Positions 58,432-64,000 of a stretch of DNA of 64,000 nt are shown here, in pieces. Location of the stretch: assembly GCA_965116885.1 (NCBI GenBank), contig OZ220741.1, positions 4,672,001 to 4,736,000 on the forward strand, given 5' to 3'. Under the pieces are notes generated by a model. It searched no databases. It was not told the origin of the DNA and saw only the letters and a program-made list of their open reading frames with translations. This stretch comes from Candidatus Latescibacterota bacterium. GTDB lineage: Bacteria; Latescibacterota; UBA2968. A program made the position numbers and the translations under genes. The first letter of the stretch is position 1, and every line of letters begins with the position of its first letter.

Positions 58432-60561
58432 TTATTTTTCCTCAACGTCCCTCAACGCCTCAATCCGCCAGCCAAATTCCTTCTCCAGTTCTTTTGTCCA
58501 TGCCCGCTTTTGAAACGCAATCTGCCCCTCCCGATTGAGAAACCAGGTTGTGGGAAAGCCCTGAATACCCGCTTTATTCACATATCCGTCATCGAGAAGA
58601 ACCGGGAAAGTATAACCCTTTTTCTCCATCCACGGCGGTACCGAATCGGGATTGCGATCATTATTAATCGTCAAAATCGCCACATCAGGATCGTCCTTGT
58701 AATGCTCGTACAAATTCTGAAAATCCGGCATCTCTTTCACACATGGGCCACACCATATCCCCCAGAAATTGATCGCCACAACCTTGCCCTTCAAAGAAGT
58801 TAGCGATACTTGCTTACCCTTTAGAGTCTTCAAATTGAACGCAAGAGCGGGTTCTGGTGCCTCAATCCGAGAAGACAGAACCTCCTGCTTTCGCGTTTCT
58901 CGATCTGATGCTATTAAAGGTTTTAAATAATTTTCGTACCCATCCAAACTCCCGTGTCGCTTCAAATAGAGTGACTTTAGAGCCTGGTCATTGGGATTTT
59001 TACTCGACGATGGGATTGCTATACCCATTTTGTAAAATATTTCCGCCTGATCGAAATTGTCCATCGCCTCGTAAACCTGACCCAAATGGTAAATCGTCTC
59101 CATCTTCTTGGGATTCAGTTCATAAGCGCGCATCAATTCTCGCTCAGCATCTTCCAAACGCCCTTCCTGAAAAAACACCCAGCCGAGGGCATCGGCCATC
59201 AACCCGGTCATCCCTTTTATGGTCCGTTGATACTTTTCCTCTGAGTCGAAGTACTTCCTCTGGAATCTTTCCTTTACTGCCGCAAAACCATCCCGGGCAA
59301 TCTGTTCAGCCTCTCGATAATACGGCGTGCGTTCTGCCAGTATGATTGCACCCATTGGAAATGTAATGTGCAGATTGGCATTCTCATATTTAACCATACC
59401 CTGCACCACATCCAGAATTTCTTTCGCCGATATTGTAGAATCTTCTCCAATGGAAAAGAAAAGGTTCAGATACGCATATCCCAGCGACCTTTTATCGTAG
59501 TGTCGAGGCCGCGCGATAAATGCCCGCAACAGGTTCCGATACGTCTCCTCTTGCTCGGGATCCTGGAAACCCTCTTCACCAGCGGCATCCCGCATCGCAT
59601 CATAGCGATCCATCAACACCGCCTCTGCCTCCGCACTTTCGCCATGGCTGCTGAGGATGCGATCCCCGACCATTTTTGCCTTTTCTTTGGCTTCCAGCCT
59701 CATATAGACACTGTACAGTGTCAACAGAGAAGCCGCATCTTCCCCACTCGCGTTTATAAACGCATCGGCATCAGCCTCAATCTCTGCGATTTTCTCTGCT
59801 ATGGGCTTGTTTTTAAGTCGCTCAATCGCTCGCCAGAACTGCTGATGTACTTTTACATCTGTGGATGCCAATTGGGCTGCTTTCTGGTATAGCGGATAAG
59901 CTTCATCATAACGACCCACCAAATACAGATAATAAGCCGGTCGAAAATAGCCATTTGCATTGCCGGGATCGGCTTTGCGCACTTCTGCAAATGCCTTCAG
60001 GCAAGCCTCGAACCTTTCAGTGTTTTTTCCTCTCTCAGAAGTATAGTACAGGGCATTTCCCTTAACGACCAGAAGTCTGGCTGGATTCTCGACTCGCGTT
60101 TTATACTCATCCACAAAGGTAATCGCATTCTCTTTATTGCTTCCATACAGCACATCTGCTCTTGTATTGATGACATCCGCATGGTCAGGTAACATCTCCA
60201 AGGCTTTTTCACTGGCTAAAAGAGCCTCATCCCTGCGCTCTTTCCCGAGTCGATCAAGTGCGCTCGCAAGCGCGACCCAACCCCACGCGCTATTTTCATG
60301 AGACGCGACCATTTCTTCAGCGGCGACAACTGCTTCCTTTGTGTTCTCCGCAGCCATGTGATGGATAAACCATGCGCGCAGATGCAAATTATCCGGAAAC
60401 CGCTCAACCAGCTTTTTCCCCTCAACATATCCATCTTTAGCATTCCGTATCATTCGCAGAGATCTCAACCTCTCAATCGCCTCTTCTGCTGTATCTTGCC
60501 CTTGAATGGGAATGGGACACAAACAAAGAAACAGCAGATATAGGCCCCATCGATTCATCAT
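58432..60561 (-). CDS. TPR-repeat protein with C-terminal TlpA-like redoxin
   Basis: Signal peptide, TPRs, INFWGIWCGPC..EMP and FPTT. Start follows an AGGAGG RBS. Confidence 0.88.
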   Translation of the reverse strand: MMNRWGLYLLFLCLCPIPIQGQDTAEEAIERLRSLRMIRNAKDGYVEGKKLVERFPDNLHLRAWFIHHMAAENTKEAVVAAEEMVASHENSAWGWVALASALDRLGKERRDEALLASEKALEMLPDHADVINTRADVLYGSNKENAITFVDEYKTRVENPARLLVVKGNALYYTSERGKNTERFEACLKAFAEVRKADPGNANGYFRPAYYLYLVGRYDEAYPLYQKAAQLASTDVKVHQQFWRAIERLKNKPIAEKIAEIEADADAFINASGEDAASLLTLYSVYMRLEAKEKAKMVGDRILSSHGESAEAEAVLMDRYDAMRDAAGEEGFQDPEQEETYRNLLRAFIARPRHYDKRSLGYAYLNLFFSIGEDSTISAKEILDVVQGMVKYENANLHITFPMGAIILAERTPYYREAEQIARDGFAAVKERFQRKYFDSEEKYQRTIKGMTGLMADALGWVFFQEGRLEDAERELMRAYELNPKKMETIYHLGQVYEAMDNFDQAEIFYKMGIAIPSSSKNPNDQALKSLYLKRHGSLDGYENYLKPLIASDRETRKQEVLSSRIEAPEPALAFNLKTLKGKQVSLTSLKGKVVAINFWGIWCGPCVKEMPDFQNLYEHYKDDPDVAILTINNDRNPDSVPPWMEKKGYTFPVLLDDGYVNKAGIQGFPTTWFLNREGQIAFQKRAWTKELEKEFGWRIEALRDVEEK

Positions 60562-60594
60562 AATACACCTCCTGTGAAAGAGCATCCTTTTCAT

Positions 60595-62901
60595 TTACTC
60601 TCCCTTTCCCAAAACAAATACGGCACTCTTGGAAACAGTCCCCCCGCCATTCAGATCTGTCACCCTCACTTCAATCTGGTGGACTCCCATATCCAACTTC
60701 TCTGTCTCAAGCTCGAAATAGATCCGCTCAAAAACCTCGCTCCCAGTCCGGTCATAGCTCACCACCACTTCTGGTTTCCCGGCCGAGAGCAGTCTGCGAA
60801 ATCCCGAAAATACTGCACCAAACACCCCCAATCGCGTGCGTAAATCTTGGCGAATAGCATAGCTGATGCGATACTTCGTCTGTCCGAACCGATCCTTCTG
60901 CAGGTTGTAGATCTCATAGTACACATAGACCCCTTGATCATCCCGGTAGCTTCGACTCGGCATCGGAATCACCCACACGTTTCCCTTCTGAAACTTCTTC
61001 CCCTGAGGTTTTTCTGAAATCGACCATGCCAGTTCCAGATCGCTGATACCCAGAGAATCCCTATAAGCTGGCACCGTCACTACCTGTTGGTAGATACCCC
61101 ACTTGCCAGAGACCTGATCGATCAACTGCACGGCCACGCGATAGGTTCCCGATGGCACTTCCAGCGTGGCGACATCTGGCAAGAAGGTGCCCTGCTTGAG
61201 GGGCGATGATGCCGCCCAGGCGAACGGAAGCGCCTCTACATTCCGGTGTGCAACTTCGCCGGTACTATCGATAAACACGACTGTTCGCTCCACCTGGATT
61301 TGCGACAATTGCCCAACTTCCTGGACGGCCATCTGTTCGGGTGCAATGCCGTAATAAACCTCCACCGCGGTATTTTCTGACCTGCCGCGAAAAGTTGCGA
61401 GGTCGTAATAGAACGCCAGTGGTTCTACCCCTGGAGGCAGGGTGTAGCGTTCTGGCATTGCCGAAGACACGACTTGCAGGACATTGGCCGGATTCAATTC
61501 CGCCAACCGGGTCATTATATCAATCGGAAGATTTGCAGAAAGGGGAGGTGGCGCGAATGCCCATTGTCCATTTAACATTTGATCCGTAAACACAAACTCA
61601 ATGCCACCTCCCACCTGCGTATAGATCCACGATTCCCAATGTACCGTCGGTTCCAGGGCAACGTAAACACTATCTACCATTTCACTCGCTGATCGGTCCA
61701 GGGGAAAAACCGGCTCTATCAACGCTCTTCCGTGTGCAATTTCCCCTGGTATGGGCAGTGCTTCAGATTCTTTGTAAATGGTAAAAGCATTTCGCTCTTT
61801 AACAGCCTGTACCGCCACACTGGGAGGTGGGTTGGTCCGACCAGACCGGGACCTGTAGTCCGGTGCGCCATACCGGATATAAACCTCTCCGCGCTTATCC
61901 CAGGGCTGCACCTTATCGGCAAAATACGTACGCGCATACCACACTCGCCGATAGTGTTCCACTCGCCTTGCTCTTCCCGCTGAAATGAGCGTTGGATCTC
62001 GCTTGAGCCAGAATTGATCTAAAAACGCCTCTCGTTCCGACTCAGACAAAGACCTGTAAGCCGCCAACTCCTCTGGAAACGCCACCAGTGATAGGTCCTC
62101 ATATAAAGTCCGATTGCTGTCTGGAAGTATCCAAAAAAAGATCCGAAACAGGCCCAGTGCCTGATGCGCTTCCCCCTGAGCAGCATACGCCTGGGCAGCC
62201 AACGGCAGAAGACGCGCCTCATCTGGATGTAATTCCATCGCGGGTTCAGCCACGGCCAAAGCTTGTCCATAGTCCTGCTGCTCAACATAAGTCAACGCCA
62301 GCCTATAAGGGCCCTCTGAATCCTCAGGACGGAGCAAAATATAGCGTCTAAAAAGCTCGATTCTCCGCTGCTGTTCGTCGCTATAGGCGTCCCATCCCTC
62401 AAACCAGTCTGCATACCAATTTCCCAACGCCAAATAGGCTGGCGCGTATGTCGAATCGGCCTGGATGACCTCTTCTAATGCCTTTCCAGCATCGAAATTA
62501 CCCATCTTGAGGTACAACCGTGCGATGTTCATCCGAACTTCAAAAAATGTGGGATCGGCTCCCAATGCACGGCGAAAATAAAACAGTGCCTTCTCAGGCT
62601 GTTTGGGGCGTCTCGTATAGACCAGTCCCAGGCCGTTGAACGCCCTGGATGCCGTTGCACCCTGGATACCTTTTCGGAACGCCTTATCTGCCCGGTCCAA
62701 ATCTTCCGCATCCAAATAGGCATACCCCAACCGAACCCAGGCTTCGCGGTCCCTTGGAGAGGCCTGCACCATTCTCTCTAATGCCTTCAAAGAATCCGGT
62801 TCCTGAGCCAAAGCGACAATGGGCAGTGTAATAAAAATAGCACACAGATAAACGTTTTTAAACTCCCTGCACCGCGATTTCAACACTATCCTCCTCTTCA
62901 C
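60595..62901 (-). CDS. TPR + GWxTD-domain protein
   Basis: FW..RDPT...EHYRRV.YA...F....WDKRGEVYIRYG.PD. Exact start uncertain. Confidence 0.85.
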   Translation of the reverse strand: MKRRIVLKSRCREFKNVYLCAIFITLPIVALAQEPDSLKALERMVQASPRDREAWVRLGYAYLDAEDLDRADKAFRKGIQGATASRAFNGLGLVYTRRPKQPEKALFYFRRALGADPTFFEVRMNIARLYLKMGNFDAGKALEEVIQADSTYAPAYLALGNWYADWFEGWDAYSDEQQRRIELFRRYILLRPEDSEGPYRLALTYVEQQDYGQALAVAEPAMELHPDEARLLPLAAQAYAAQGEAHQALGLFRIFFWILPDSNRTLYEDLSLVAFPEELAAYRSLSESEREAFLDQFWLKRDPTLISAGRARRVEHYRRVWYARTYFADKVQPWDKRGEVYIRYGAPDYRSRSGRTNPPPSVAVQAVKERNAFTIYKESEALPIPGEIAHGRALIEPVFPLDRSASEMVDSVYVALEPTVHWESWIYTQVGGGIEFVFTDQMLNGQWAFAPPPLSANLPIDIMTRLAELNPANVLQVVSSAMPERYTLPPGVEPLAFYYDLATFRGRSENTAVEVYYGIAPEQMAVQEVGQLSQIQVERTVVFIDSTGEVAHRNVEALPFAWAASSPLKQGTFLPDVATLEVPSGTYRVAVQLIDQVSGKWGIYQQVVTVPAYRDSLGISDLELAWSISEKPQGKKFQKGNVWVIPMPSRSYRDDQGVYVYYEIYNLQKDRFGQTKYRISYAIRQDLRTRLGVFGAVFSGFRRLLSAGKPEVVVSYDRTGSEVFERIYFELETEKLDMGVHQIEVRVTDLNGGGTVSKSAVFVLGKGE

Positions 62902-62903
62902 TG

Positions 62904-63863
62904 CTACTCGGTTTGCCTCGGCGACCAGCGAGGCGCAGAGACCTCCATATCCACAGAAACTTCATGCAAATCCGTGCCATCGGCATTTATCATCATCAAC
63001 CTGTGTTCCAGGCCCCCCCTCTCAAGGCTTCGTCGCACTTCAAAAGCAATTCTTTGACCGTCGGGAGACCAGGTAGGAGAAAAAAAAGCCACTGAGGAAC
63101 TCGCACCCAGGGTCAACCGTCGCACCAGAGTCCCGTAGGAATCCATAGTATAAATCTCGCACTCAGGGAACTGATTCCGCACCTGTGGTTGGTGCCGATT
63201 TGATGCAAATGCAATGCGCGTTCCATCTGGCGACCAGGTCGGGTGAATATTCTGAACACCATTGAAATCCGTCAGCCTGACCCGGTTAGAACCATCTGAA
63301 TCCATGAGCAAAATGTCGATATTGTTCCCCTGACGCGATTGAAAAACAATCCTGCGCCCATCGGGTGACCAGTCCGGCGCTTCATCACTACTGGGAGAAT
63401 TTGTCAGATTTTGCAATCCTGTTCCATCGAGGTTGACCGTGTAGATATCCCATCTATCCCTATTATCCTTCTGCCCCTGAAAAGCGATCTTTCCACCATC
63501 GGGAGACCAGACTGGACCGAGGTCGGGACCTGGCAAATCAACCACCTTCTGTATGCCCCTATCCTCCAGATTAAAAATATAAATATCGAAATTTCCGACG
63601 GCATCTCGGTTTGAAGCAAATACAATGCGTCGCGCATTCGGTGACCAGGAGGGATTGGTATAGCCCCCCTGCTCGCTCGTAAGCCTCATCAACCCCTTGC
63701 CATCGGGACGCATCACAAAAATTTTAAATGTCCTGAAATCTCCCGGTCCCACAAACGCAATGCGGCCTTCAACAGTTGAATAATCGGAATCCAGCAGACC
63801 GGTGTTCCCAGCACAATGAAGCAGAGAAAAAAACAGAAGATACAATATCCACTGATGCCTCAC
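62904..63863 (-). CDS. TolB-like PD40-repeat lipoprotein
   Basis: Lipobox LLHC and five P.WSP(D/N)..RI.F repeats. Confidence 0.88.
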   Translation of the reverse strand: MRHQWILYLLFFSLLHCAGNTGLLDSDYSTVEGRIAFVGPGDFRTFKIFVMRPDGKGLMRLTSEQGGYTNPSWSPNARRIVFASNRDAVGNFDIYIFNLEDRGIQKVVDLPGPDLGPVWSPDGGKIAFQGQKDNRDRWDIYTVNLDGTGLQNLTNSPSSDEAPDWSPDGRRIVFQSRQGNNIDILLMDSDGSNRVRLTDFNGVQNIHPTWSPDGTRIAFASNRHQPQVRNQFPECEIYTMDSYGTLVRRLTLGASSSVAFFSPTWSPDGQRIAFEVRRSLERGGLEHRLMMINADGTDLHEVSVDMEVSAPRWSPRQTE

Positions 63864-63878
63864 AGCACACCTCCTGTG

Positions 63879-64000
63879 CTATGCTGGCGCACCAAATGCC
63901 AGAATCTTCTGTCGGTCGTAAATCAGCACCTCATCTCTTCCGTCCCCATCCATATCCAACACCATTGCGCCATATCCGATCCCATAATCGTACGCCCGAA
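63879..64000 (-). CDS. partial CDS (C-terminus) with an FG-GAP-like motif
   Basis: ...YGAMVLDMDGDGRDEVLIYDRQKILAFGAPA*; runs off the window edge. Confidence 0.7.
   Translation of the reverse strand, partial: RAYDYGIGYGAMVLDMDGDGRDEVLIYDRQKILAFGAPA

Overview
Bacterial chromosomal window with about 50 CDSs and two tRNAs. No CRISPR array, prophage, integrase or intact transposase was seen. The gene families present (GWxTD, DUF6785-like, C-terminal dockerin/EF-hand-like repeats, sulfatases, PhyH, FG-GAP/ASPIC proteins) suggest a Latescibacterota/Gemmatimonadota/Poribacteria-like heterotroph; this is an inference. Layout: (i) 0-7.4 kb, housekeeping-like genes: a sigma54-driven beta-barrel gene, nrdR with tandem NrdR boxes in its own promoter, a PufC-like tetraheme cytochrome, tRNA-His and tRNA-Arg, TetR, an HD hydrolase and an M23 peptidase. 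(ii) 7.4-21.8 kb, an accessory-looking stretch: two AAA_14/DUF4143 ATPases and a Fic gene, each preceded by operator-like repeats, an internally deleted rhuM relic, two sulfatases, and a beta-propeller-DUF898 fusion paired with an M48 protease. (iii) 21.8-43 kb, transport and catabolism genes: a sugar ABC operon interrupted by a zincin, HOT, an SSS symporter, an ABC-DUF1854 pair, a solo RND pump with an extra hydrophobic insert, and a LecA-like gene coupled to a TauT-type transporter. (iv) 43-64 kb, a tightly packed minus-strand run including a TPR-ASPIC/UnbV, CRTAC1 and UnbU-like trio without any PKS. The best candidates for undescribed biology are the sensor-propeller-DUF898 plus M48 module, the PKS-free UnbV/UnbU module, and a transcription-oriented structured intergenic repeat present twice. 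All family assignments come from motif recognition by eye, not from database searches.
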